DNA from: Candidatus Cloacimonadales bacterium
Lineage (GTDB): Bacteria > Cloacimonadota > Cloacimonadia > Cloacimonadales > JAIOQZ01
NCBI GenBank assembly: GCA_963662655.2
Contig: CAXXTU010000002.1
Span: forward strand, 1,888,001-1,952,000
DNA length: 64,000 bases
Direction: 5' to 3'
The notes beneath the pieces were generated by a model. The model did not search any database and was not told where the DNA came from. It saw only the letters and a program-made list of their open reading frames with translations. Position numbers and translations under genes: made by a program. Every line of letters begins with the position of its first letter. The stretch's first letter is position 1. This document shows, piece by piece, positions 30,538 through 39,127 of this stretch.

Positions 30538-31494
30538 CTAACGATATTCGTTATACCATTTCACGAAACGATGGATCCCGTCCTTGAAGGCTGTTCCCGG
30601 ATTGTACCCGAGAAGCCTCTTCGCCTTCGAGACATCCGCGAACGTACGATCCACGTCGCCCGGCTGCATGGGAAGCATCTCCTTGATCGCTTCTTTCCCG
30701 AGCTCATCCTCCAGGGTTTTCAGGAGCTGCGCCAGCGTAATGGTTTGCGATTCGCCCAGGTTGACGATCTCAAAGCAGTGGTTTTGCATCACATACCCAA
30801 TGCTGGCCACAATGCCATCGACGATATCGTCCACGTAGGTGTAATCGCGGCTGGACGAGCCGTCCCCATAAACCTGGATCGGAGTTCCCTCCATGATCCT
30901 GCGGGTGAACTTGTGGATTGCCAGGTCCGGACGCTGACGAGGCCCGTAAACGGTGAAGAATCGTAACGCCACGCATGAGATATCGAAAAGGTGATGGTAG
31001 GTGTGACAGAGCAATTCCCCCGCCTTCTTGGAAGCTGCGTAGGGAGAGATGGGGAAATCGACGCGATCCTCTTCCGAGAACGGGACTTTGGGATTGTTGC
31101 CGTACACGGAGGACGATGAAGCGTAAATCAGGCGCGTGATACCCGCCTGCCTGCACGCCTCGAGCAGGTTGAGCGTTCCGGTGCAGTTCACGTCCTGATA
31201 CAACGTCGGATTCTCGATGGAAGGCCTCACCCCGGCCATTGCCGCGAGATGGATGACCATTTCGAATTTTCCTTGTGCAAAGACTCGATCCAGCAATGCC
31301 TGGTCGCGAATATCGCCTTCGAAGAGTTCGTAGTACTCTCCCGAGAGGAATCCCGCGATATTGCTACGCTTGATCCGGGGATCGTAGTAGTCGCAAAAGT
31401 TATCGATGCAGCCGATCTCATGACCCTCACCGAGAAGTCGCTCACACAGATGCGATCCGATGAATCCCGCACCGCCCGTCACAAGTATCCTCAT
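30538..31494 (-). CDS. NAD-dependent sugar epimerase (UDP-glucuronate 4-epimerase-like)
   Basis: 'TGGAGFIG', 'HLAAMAGVRPS', 'YAASKK', 'RFFTVYGP.QRPDLA', 'QPGDV'. Confidence 0.9.
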   Translation of the reverse strand: MRILVTGGAGFIGSHLCERLLGEGHEIGCIDNFCDYYDPRIKRSNIAGFLSGEYYELFEGDIRDQALLDRVFAQGKFEMVIHLAAMAGVRPSIENPTLYQDVNCTGTLNLLEACRQAGITRLIYASSSSVYGNNPKVPFSEEDRVDFPISPYAASKKAGELLCHTYHHLFDISCVALRFFTVYGPRQRPDLAIHKFTRRIMEGTPIQVYGDGSSSRDYTYVDDIVDGIVASIGYVMQNHCFEIVNLGESQTITLAQLLKTLEDELGKEAIKEMLPMQPGDVDRTFADVSKAKRLLGYNPGTAFKDGIHRFVKWYNEYR

Positions 31495-32543
31495 TGATCT
31501 CTCCTGATTATTCCGCCGCCCAGAAGCTTCGCTTCTCGATAAAAAACCGCCGACTGCCCTGGCGTTATCGCCCGTGCGGGGTTCTCCAGTCTGACTTCCA
31601 GCCGATCGCCATTCTCCACGATTTCCTTAACCGGCGCCGGGCGACTGTTATAACGTATCTGGACGCTCATACCGTCGAAAGCCGGTCTTATGCCCTCCAG
31701 CCAGTTGACTTCGTCGATTGGAAAGCTTTCGACAAGCAGCCGGTCGGGATCGTCCGTGACAACCAGGCGGTTGCGCTTTGCGTCGATCTCCAAGACATAG
31801 AGCGGGGCGTTCCACGGGAGATTCATGCCGCGGCGCTGCCCGATCGTGTAGTAAGAAAGTCCGGTGTGTTCCCCGATCTTCCTGCCGTCGTGGAATACGA
31901 TATCCCCGGGCTTCTCCGTGAAGTGCTGGCGCAGGAACAAGCGATAATCTCCCGGTATGAAGCAATTCTCTTGGCTGTCGGGGCTATCGTGAACGGTTAA
32001 ATTGTTCTCCCGTGCAATCCTGCGAACCGTTTCCTTGGGCAGATTATCCAGCGGGAAAAGCGTTCTCGCCAGATGCTCCTGGGTCAGACCCCAAAGCATG
32101 TAGGTCTGGTCGCGCTCACGGTCTTCAGCGCGGTACACGCAGTACAGGCCATCCTCGTTCCTCACGTTCACATAATGCCCGGTTGCGAAGAAGTCGGTAT
32201 CCAGCGCCTGTAAGAACGCACCCCACTTGATCCTCGGATTGCAACGAGTGCAAGGATTCGGCGTGCGTCCAGCCCGATACTCCTCCACGAAATATTCGAT
32301 GATCTCGCGCCGGAAATCATCCTGCACATCGACAACGCGGTGAGGAATCCCCAAAGCCCTGCACACATCCCGCGCCTGCTCGATCATCTGCTCCAGCCCG
32401 TCCTCGGGAGGGAAGCCCATCGCAGTTGAATCGAAATGCCGCATGGTCGCGCCACGCACATCGTAACCGGCTTCAAGCAACACGATCGCCGCCACGGAGC
32501 TATCTACGCCGCCGCTCATGGCAACCGTTACTGTCTGTTTCAT
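31491..32543 (-). CDS. mnmA: tRNA-specific 2-thiouridylase (CxxC type)
   Basis: 'AMSGGVDS', 'TPNPCTRCN', 'ATGHY', 'DSQENCF', 'YTIGQRRG', 'PGQ'. Confidence 0.95.
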   Translation of the reverse strand: MKQTVTVAMSGGVDSSVAAIVLLEAGYDVRGATMRHFDSTAMGFPPEDGLEQMIEQARDVCRALGIPHRVVDVQDDFRREIIEYFVEEYRAGRTPNPCTRCNPRIKWGAFLQALDTDFFATGHYVNVRNEDGLYCVYRAEDRERDQTYMLWGLTQEHLARTLFPLDNLPKETVRRIARENNLTVHDSPDSQENCFIPGDYRLFLRQHFTEKPGDIVFHDGRKIGEHTGLSYYTIGQRRGMNLPWNAPLYVLEIDAKRNRLVVTDDPDRLLVESFPIDEVNWLEGIRPAFDGMSVQIRYNSRPAPVKEIVENGDRLEVRLENPARAITPGQSAVFYREAKLLGGGIIRRDQ

Positions 32544-32589
32544 GGATGTTCCTTCCATTCCGCTGTCTTGACGTTTACTGCCAACTCGC

Positions 32590-32723
32590 TGCCCGGAGGC
32601 AGATTCGTTCGATCCGCGTCCTCGGCGTGGTGTTTCACAGCCTTACCACCTTACTTCTTTCATTCGTAAGGGTGTGGTATATCCACGGCGAGGACGCGGA
32701 TCGGGCGAAGGTGCCCCGGGGCA
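32590..32723 (+). ncRNA. Unidentified structured long-hairpin element, copy 1 (ncRNA or ssDNA repeat)
   Basis: Long hairpin with a homologous copy at 62373-62500 showing compensatory stems. G-U pairs favour the + strand. Confidence 0.6.
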
Positions 32724-32744
32724 ACAACTTCGTAAACCGACTCC

Positions 32745-34001
32745 CTATCCCTTTAATCGCGTGATATCGGCTCCGAGCTTGCACAGCTTCTCGTCGATAT
32801 TCTCATACCCGCGATCAATATGATAGATGCGGGATATCTCCGTCTTCCCGTTTGCCGCAAGCCCCGCCAGAACCAGTGCTGCACTGGCACGCAAATCGGT
32901 TGCCATTACCTGAGAACCGCTCAAATTCTTCACGCCGTTCACGACAGCGATGTTCTTGTCGAGCTGGATATCGGCATGCATGCGATTCAGCTCCGCCACG
33001 TGCATAAAGCGATTGGGGAATATCGTGTCTTCGATTACGCTGCTGCCGTCGGCGATGGTCATCAGTGCCATGAACTGCGCCTGCAAATCGGTCGGGAAAC
33101 CCGGATAGGGTTGCGTCGTGAAACGCATCGGCTTGATTCCGCCGTCAATCGGATATATACGAATCGAGCTCTCGTCCACATCCAACTTGAATCCGCTCTC
33201 GCGGAGCTTTCCGATGGGCCCGCGTATGTGCTCGGGATTGCAATTCTCCACCGTGATATCGCTGTTCGTGATCGCCCCGGCGATAAGCATCGTCCCCGCT
33301 TCGATCCTGTCGGGAAGCATATCCGTCTCCACCGGTTGCAGCGCTTTGACGCCGCGAATCCGCAGGTGATTCGTATCCTTGCCCTCAATATCAGCGCCCA
33401 TCAAATTCAGAAAATCTACCAACGCGCCGATTTCCGGTTCCAGAGCGGCATTCCATATGTCGGTTATTCCATCGGCGAGAACCGCCGCCATCAGTGTGTT
33501 CGCCGTCGCGCCCACACTGACCTTCTCGAAAACGATATCGGCCCCTTGCAACCCCTCGGTGCGTGCAATGATGTACCCGTGCTCGATCTTGATCTGCGCG
33601 CCCAACGCTTTCATCGCCGAAAGATGCATATCCACGGGACGCGTTCCGATCGCGCAGCCGCCCGGGAACGACACATCCGCTTCATGAAGCCTTGCCAGAA
33701 GCGGACCCAACACGTAGATCGAGGCCCGCATCTTGCTCACCAACTCGTAAGGAGCTTCCGTGTAGGTGCAGTTCGTTGAATCGATGATCAACGTGTCCCC
33801 TTCGAAGTCGACCCGTGCGCCAATGATACGCAGCAAATGCGCCATCATCTTCACGTCGTTGATCTGCGGGACATTGTGCAATACGGTTTTGCCCACTGGG
33901 AGCAGCGCGGCTGTCATCAAAGGGAGGGCTGCGTTTTTCGCGCCACTGACGCGTACGCTTCCATGAAGCTTTTTACCGCCCTGAATCACAAATTTATCCA
34001 T
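32745..34001 (-). CDS. murA: UDP-N-acetylglucosamine 1-carboxyvinyltransferase
   Basis: 'SGAKNA', 'MRAS', 'PGGCAIGTRP', 'PGFPTDLQ', 'HIDRGYE'. Confidence 0.97.
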   Translation of the reverse strand: MDKFVIQGGKKLHGSVRVSGAKNAALPLMTAALLPVGKTVLHNVPQINDVKMMAHLLRIIGARVDFEGDTLIIDSTNCTYTEAPYELVSKMRASIYVLGPLLARLHEADVSFPGGCAIGTRPVDMHLSAMKALGAQIKIEHGYIIARTEGLQGADIVFEKVSVGATANTLMAAVLADGITDIWNAALEPEIGALVDFLNLMGADIEGKDTNHLRIRGVKALQPVETDMLPDRIEAGTMLIAGAITNSDITVENCNPEHIRGPIGKLRESGFKLDVDESSIRIYPIDGGIKPMRFTTQPYPGFPTDLQAQFMALMTIADGSSVIEDTIFPNRFMHVAELNRMHADIQLDKNIAVVNGVKNLSGSQVMATDLRASAALVLAGLAANGKTEISRIYHIDRGYENIDEKLCKLGADITRLKG

Positions 34002-34018
34002 AATTCCTTCCGTATAAA

Positions 34019-34861
34019 TTATTGCCTTTCAATCACAGCAATGCGATCCATCTCGTTGTAATCCTTGATAATCTCTATCTTTGAAAAACCATTCTCGCCA
34101 GATAGCTGTTGCATCGCCTGAGCCTGCTTCGAGCCGATCTCGAGCAAAATCTTACCTCTTACGTCAAGAAATGCACCGGCTTCGCGCAGTATCTTCCGAT
34201 ACACGTCCAATCCATCCTCGCCTGCGGTTAGCGCAAGCCTCGGCTCGTATTTTGTGATCTCGGGCATGAGGGTTTCATACTCACTGTCAGAGATGTAAGG
34301 TGGATTGGAAATAATCAAGTCAAATTTTTGCTTCGGTACATTTTGATAGACGTCCGATTCGACAAACTGGATGTCCACGCAGTTCATGATCGCATTCTTT
34401 TCAGCCACTTGCAGCGCATCATTCGATACATCGCACGCAACGATTTCTATTCCCGGAAATTGCTTTGCGATCGCGATCGATATCGCCCCCGTACCGGTAC
34501 CTATCTCCAATATCTTCGCACTGAACGTGCAATAACCTATCGCCGTTTCCACCAGTCGCTCGGTCTCGGGGCGCGGAATCAGCACCCTGCGATCAACCTC
34601 CAGACGGTAACCGTAGAACTCCGTGTATCCCTGGATATATTGCAGAGGCTCCCTGTTGGCCCTCCGCACCACCATCGATTTCAGACGATCTCTTTCGGTA
34701 GGATTCAGGGGTTGCTCAAAGCGGAGGTAGATCTCCAGACGCGGAATACCGAGCACCTCGGATAGCAGATGCTCCGCCTCCAGCCTCGGATTGCCGATGC
34801 CTCGCTCGAGGAAAAAATCGGTTGTCCATTTCAGGACTTCAAGGATGGTCCAGAGTTTCAC
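34019..34861 (-). CDS. prmC: Release factor glutamine methyltransferase
   Basis: 'EPLQYI.G', 'VLIPRPETE', 'GTGTG', 'SNPPY'. Confidence 0.95.
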   Translation of the reverse strand: MKLWTILEVLKWTTDFFLERGIGNPRLEAEHLLSEVLGIPRLEIYLRFEQPLNPTERDRLKSMVVRRANREPLQYIQGYTEFYGYRLEVDRRVLIPRPETERLVETAIGYCTFSAKILEIGTGTGAISIAIAKQFPGIEIVACDVSNDALQVAEKNAIMNCVDIQFVESDVYQNVPKQKFDLIISNPPYISDSEYETLMPEITKYEPRLALTAGEDGLDVYRKILREAGAFLDVRGKILLEIGSKQAQAMQQLSGENGFSKIEIIKDYNEMDRIAVIERQ

Positions 34862-35769
34862 AAATCTTTGAAGTGTTTTTCAATGATGATCGTTCTTCCG
34901 CCGTGCTCGAATGAAACCGAATCGGCAAGTGTGCGAATAAATGTGATGCCCCGGCCAATATGCTCCAGCGAGAAGACGGAAAGGTCCTTTTTCAGATGAG
35001 ACTCGAAGTCGAAGCCTGCTCCCGTGTCGCTGACCCTGATCCTGATCAGCCTGGTCTGCGGTTGCATCGAGCAATTGATATCGATCCGGTGGTCCTTCAT
35101 CTCAGGTTGGGAAAATCGATTATCCAAAAATTCATTGTAGTCCGGGATATCCTGATGCCTTTCATCGGGTTTGATCTGCAAAATACCGTGAATCAGCGCG
35201 TTCTGCACCATCTCGTCGAGGCAGAGCTCGAGCGTGGACATCGCCGCTGGGGGCATTCGTATATCACCAAGAAATGTTTGAACTACGTTCGATGCAATGT
35301 GGGGCTGTGCAAGCCGATTTCCCTGGAAGCTGAAGGACATGGTTATCTCGTTGAGGGCCTTCAATGCGGATTTACGAGCGCTTTCGTTCTGCTGCTCCTG
35401 CAATTGCTTGCGAATCATATCCAGCAGTGTGGTGGGATTATCGGGCTTCTCGATTACATCATGAACGCCTGCGCGGATGGCTCGTACTGCATAGGATGAA
35501 TTGATCTGATCGACAAGCAGAATCACGGGCAGTGATTTGCGCACCGATTTTTTAATGCGATCGAGAAGCTCGATTCCGTCGATCTCGGGGTGTTCGTCAC
35601 GTATCAGAACAAGATCGAAGTGAGAATATGATACACGATTAAGGGCTTTGGCCGTTTCGGTTGCATTCTCCAGATAATACCCGTTCCATTGGAGGGGATT
35701 CTGTAGAAGCCTGTATGCATCGCCAGAGCGATCAACGATTAGAATGCGAAAACGCTGTTCGGAGTCCAT
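34858..35769 (-). CDS. Atypical receiver domain fused to an RsbW/SpoIIAB-like anti-sigma Ser kinase
   Basis: N-terminal REC fold; C-terminal 'EMVQNALIHG', 'DTGAGFD', 'GRGI'. Confidence 0.8.
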   Translation of the reverse strand: MDSEQRFRILIVDRSGDAYRLLQNPLQWNGYYLENATETAKALNRVSYSHFDLVLIRDEHPEIDGIELLDRIKKSVRKSLPVILLVDQINSSYAVRAIRAGVHDVIEKPDNPTTLLDMIRKQLQEQQNESARKSALKALNEITMSFSFQGNRLAQPHIASNVVQTFLGDIRMPPAAMSTLELCLDEMVQNALIHGILQIKPDERHQDIPDYNEFLDNRFSQPEMKDHRIDINCSMQPQTRLIRIRVSDTGAGFDFESHLKKDLSVFSLEHIGRGITFIRTLADSVSFEHGGRTIIIEKHFKDL

Positions 35770-35777
35770 CCTCTTCT

Positions 35778-36083
35778 TTACATATTGATTGAGAAAAGCT
35801 GATCGAGTTTTATGGTTGTAAGGAGTTCATAAACGATCGGAGATGATTTCACGATCTCGATTTTACCATCGCGGGTCATGAATTCCTTATAGAATATCAG
35901 GAGCTTGCCGATACCGGAGCTGCTAATGTTTTTACAAGCGGAAAGATCCAGCTCGAGAAGTGTCGCATCCGAATCAAGAACCTCGCTTAGCTTGTCCTTG
36001 AAAATGTACGCATTGTCGCTTGTGATCGAACCTTCGACCATGATCTTCGCTTTTTTACCTTCTAATTGCAGAACTAATTCCAT
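35778..36083 (-). CDS. STAS-domain anti-anti-sigma factor
   Basis: 101 aa with 'LDLSACKNISSSGIGKLL' (phosphorylatable Ser motif). Confidence 0.87.
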   Translation of the reverse strand: MELVLQLEGKKAKIMVEGSITSDNAYIFKDKLSEVLDSDATLLELDLSACKNISSSGIGKLLIFYKEFMTRDGKIEIVKSSPIVYELLTTIKLDQLFSINM

Positions 36084-36122
36084 CAGTACCCCCTTGACTA
36101 AATCGTGTAGGATCGAGCTATA

Positions 36123-38216
36123 TCAATAGCCACGCAGTTTTCGTATAATATTCTCTTGAATCGTAGAAGTCACCTTCTCGTATTTCAAAAATTCCATTGT
36201 GTAGATGGATCTCCCTTGCGAAAGAGACCGGAGCTGTGTCGCATAACCGAACATCTCGCTCATCGGTATTTCACAAACGATTTCCTGTTTGTTGAGCTGC
36301 GGCCGGATCATCTCGATCTTGCCGCGACGCGAATTGATATCCCCAATGATATCGCCCACGAACTCTTCCGGCGTTATCACCGAAACGAGCATGATCGGCT
36401 CCATCAAGCACGGACTGCATTGGGGGAGTCCTTTGCTTACGGCCATGGAAGCAGCGATTCGGAACGCGGTTTCGCTGGAATCCACCTCATTGAATCCGCC
36501 GTCGATCAATTCGATTTTCACTCGCTCGACCGGTGCACTCATGAGCGGGCCGTCCATGCACGCGCTGACGGCGCCATCTTCAATCGCTTCCCAGAATATG
36601 TGCGGGATGGTTTGTTCACTCACATGATTCTCGAAGACGATTTTCTTCCCTTTAGGTAAATCATCCAGCGCTAATGGTGTCAAGCGTAATTTTACAATAG
36701 CGTAATGACCCTTGCCTCCCATCTCGCGGATGAATTCCGCGTACTCGTCATGCACCTTGTTGATGGACTCCTTGTACGCGACCTGCGGGGTGCCCACGTT
36801 CGCCGCGACACCGAACTCTCGTTTGAGGCGATCAACGATGATGTCCAGGTGAAGCTCACCCATTCCCGAGAGCAACGTCTGTCCCGTCTCCTTGTCCTGA
36901 CGGACGCGGAAGGTCGGATCTTCGTCCTCCAGCTTACCCAGGGCGACGTGCAATTTCTCTTCGTCGGCCTTGGTCTTTGGCTCGATGGCGATCGAGATCA
37001 CGCCATCGGGGAATTCGATCGGTGCAAGTAGGATGTTGTTCCCGTCTTCCACCAGCGTATCGCCGGTCGAGACCATCTTGGGTCCGATCACCGCCGCGAT
37101 ATCTCCTGCCGTAAGTTCGTCGATATCGTTCTTACGGTTGGAGAACATCTGGACGATGCGCCCGATTCGCTCTTTCTTGCCGTTAGACTGGTTGAAGAAC
37201 ACATTGCTTTTCTTGATCGAACCGGAATAGACGCGCACATAGAGCAGCTTGCCTACGTACTTGTCATTCTGTACCTTGAAAGCCAGCGCGGAGAACTTAC
37301 CCGATCGATCCGTCTTCACTTGAACTACGTCTCCGGTACCTCTGTCGATTGCTTCGGTTGGCGGAACTTCCGATGGCGACGGCAAGTAATTGACGATCGC
37401 GTCCATCAGAAGCTGAACCCCGGTATTGCGGAGTGAGGATCCACATAAAATCGGGATAAATCCGTCTCGAATCGTCGCGTTTCGGATAACCTTGAGCAGG
37501 AAATCGGGGTCGATATCCTCGCCTTCCAGAAATCGTTCCATCAGTGTATCGTCAGATTCGCTGAGGGCTTCGAGCAGTTGCTCTCTCGCCTCCTCGGCGG
37601 CATCGAGGTAGTCTTCGGGAATCTCGTCTTCGGCGTAGTTGAATCCAAGCGTCTGGTGATCGAATTGGTACGCGCGCATGGTCACCAGGTCGATAATGCC
37701 CGAGAAGTTCTCTTCTTTACCGATCGGCAACTGAATGGGATAGGCTTTCTTGGTAAGGCGCTCGTTGATCATTTCTACGACAACGTCGAAATCGGCGCCC
37801 ATACGATCAATCTTGTTAACAAAGGCGATACGGGGAACCTTGTAACGATCGGCCTGATGCCACACCGTTTCCGATTGCGGTTCCACACCGCCCACCGCAC
37901 AGAAAATGCCTACCGCGCCGTCGAGCACTCGCAAGGAGCGCTCGACTTCTGCGGTAAAGTCCACGTGACCCGGGGTATCGATGATGTTGATCTGTCGATC
38001 TTTCCAGAAGCAGGAGGTTACAGCGGAGGTAATGGTGATACCGCGCTCTTTTTCCTGCTCCATCCAGTCCATGAAAGCGGTGCCGTCATGGACCTCGCCC
38101 ATCCTGTGCAGATAGCCCGTATAGAACAGGATCCGCTCGGTGGTCGTCGTCTTACCGGCATCGATGTGTGCGATGATGCCGATGTTCCGGATCAGTGATA
38201 AATCAATGGGAGGCAC
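36123..38216 (-). CDS. fusA: Elongation factor G (str-operon copy, divergent domain IV)
   Basis: 'AHIDAGKTT', 'ERGITI', 'DTPGH', 'NKID', 'GMGELHL'; follows rpsL-rpsG. Confidence 0.95.
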   Translation of the reverse strand: MPPIDLSLIRNIGIIAHIDAGKTTTTERILFYTGYLHRMGEVHDGTAFMDWMEQEKERGITITSAVTSCFWKDRQINIIDTPGHVDFTAEVERSLRVLDGAVGIFCAVGGVEPQSETVWHQADRYKVPRIAFVNKIDRMGADFDVVVEMINERLTKKAYPIQLPIGKEENFSGIIDLVTMRAYQFDHQTLGFNYAEDEIPEDYLDAAEEAREQLLEALSESDDTLMERFLEGEDIDPDFLLKVIRNATIRDGFIPILCGSSLRNTGVQLLMDAIVNYLPSPSEVPPTEAIDRGTGDVVQVKTDRSGKFSALAFKVQNDKYVGKLLYVRVYSGSIKKSNVFFNQSNGKKERIGRIVQMFSNRKNDIDELTAGDIAAVIGPKMVSTGDTLVEDGNNILLAPIEFPDGVISIAIEPKTKADEEKLHVALGKLEDEDPTFRVRQDKETGQTLLSGMGELHLDIIVDRLKREFGVAANVGTPQVAYKESINKVHDEYAEFIREMGGKGHYAIVKLRLTPLALDDLPKGKKIVFENHVSEQTIPHIFWEAIEDGAVSACMDGPLMSAPVERVKIELIDGGFNEVDSSETAFRIAASMAVSKGLPQCSPCLMEPIMLVSVITPEEFVGDIIGDINSRRGKIEMIRPQLNKQEIVCEIPMSEMFGYATQLRSLSQGRSIYTMEFLKYEKVTSTIQENIIRKLRGY

Positions 38217-38243
38217 AAGTACCTCGCAATCCTTATATCAATA

Positions 38244-38714
38244 CTACCAGCGAAGATGTGCGAAAGCCTTGTTGGACTCCGCCATCTTGTGGGTATCTTC
38301 ACGTTTTTTTATACTGGAGCCTTCTTGTTTGTAGGCTGCCAGAAGTTCTCCCGCAAGGCGATCCTGCATGGTTTTCTCGGAACGCTTCTTCGCGTAGCCG
38401 ATAATCCAGCGGAAGGCGAGCGCTTGCGCGTTCTTCGCGTTCACTTCAATCGGAACCTGGTAGTTCGCACCACCAACGCGCTTGGAGACCACTTTCACCA
38501 GCGGACGCACGTTTTCGAGTGCCTGATTGAACACTTCCATCGCGTCTTTCTTGGTCTTCTCTTCGATGATTCCCAACGCATTGTAAACGGTTCTTTCCGC
38601 GATGCTCTTTTTGCCACGACGCATCACGTTGTTTATGAACTTACTCAGAATCACACTCTTATATTTGGGATCCGGAAGAACGACTCTTTCCTGTATTTTT
38701 CTTCTTCTCGACAT
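38244..38714 (-). CDS. rpsG: 30S ribosomal protein S7
   Basis: 'RVGGANYQVP', 'HKMAESNKAFAH'. Confidence 0.98.
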   Translation of the reverse strand: MSRRRKIQERVVLPDPKYKSVILSKFINNVMRRGKKSIAERTVYNALGIIEEKTKKDAMEVFNQALENVRPLVKVVSKRVGGANYQVPIEVNAKNAQALAFRWIIGYAKKRSEKTMQDRLAGELLAAYKQEGSSIKKREDTHKMAESNKAFAHLRW

Positions 38715-38726
38715 CTTATTCCTCCA

Positions 38727-39101
38727 CTACTTCTTGGGTCGCTTGGTTCCGTATTTGGAGCGAGACTGGGTGCGGTTGTCAACACCGCTTGTATCCAGTG
38801 CACCGCGAACGATATGATAGCGAACACCAGGAAGGTCTTTAACACGACCACCGCGAACGAGAACGATCGAGTGTTCCTGCAGGTTGTGGCCTTCGCCTGG
38901 GATATAAGCTGTTACTTCGAAACCGTTGGTCAATCTGACCCTGGCGACCTTACGGAGCGCCGAGTTCGGTTTCTTCGGGGTTTGGGTATAGACCCTGGTA
39001 CAGACGCCACGACGCTGCGGGCATCCCATGAGCGCACGATTTTTCTTTTTCTTCTTAATCGTGGTTCTTCCTTTACGCACTAACTGATTGATTGTTGGCA
39101 C
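38727..39101 (-). CDS. rpsL: 30S ribosomal protein S12
   Basis: 'PTINQLVR', '[10 protein letters not shown]', 'RVKDLPG'. Confidence 0.99.
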   Translation of the reverse strand: MPTINQLVRKGRTTIKKKKKNRALMGCPQRRGVCTRVYTQTPKKPNSALRKVARVRLTNGFEVTAYIPGEGHNLQEHSIVLVRGGRVKDLPGVRYHIVRGALDTSGVDNRTQSRSKYGTKRPKK

Positions 39102-39127
39102 GTTAGTCCTCCATTTCTTTGTTATTT

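Noticed and set aside
32590..32723. The repeated hairpin as an integron attC, retron msr-msd, hairpin/hammerhead ribozyme, SRP or 6S RNA
   Set aside because: No RYYYAAC/GTTRRRY ends, and no integrase or RT nearby. Ribozyme-like words (TGTGGTATAT, GAAACAC) lie on opposite strands. No SRP GGAA loop and no large 6S central bubble.
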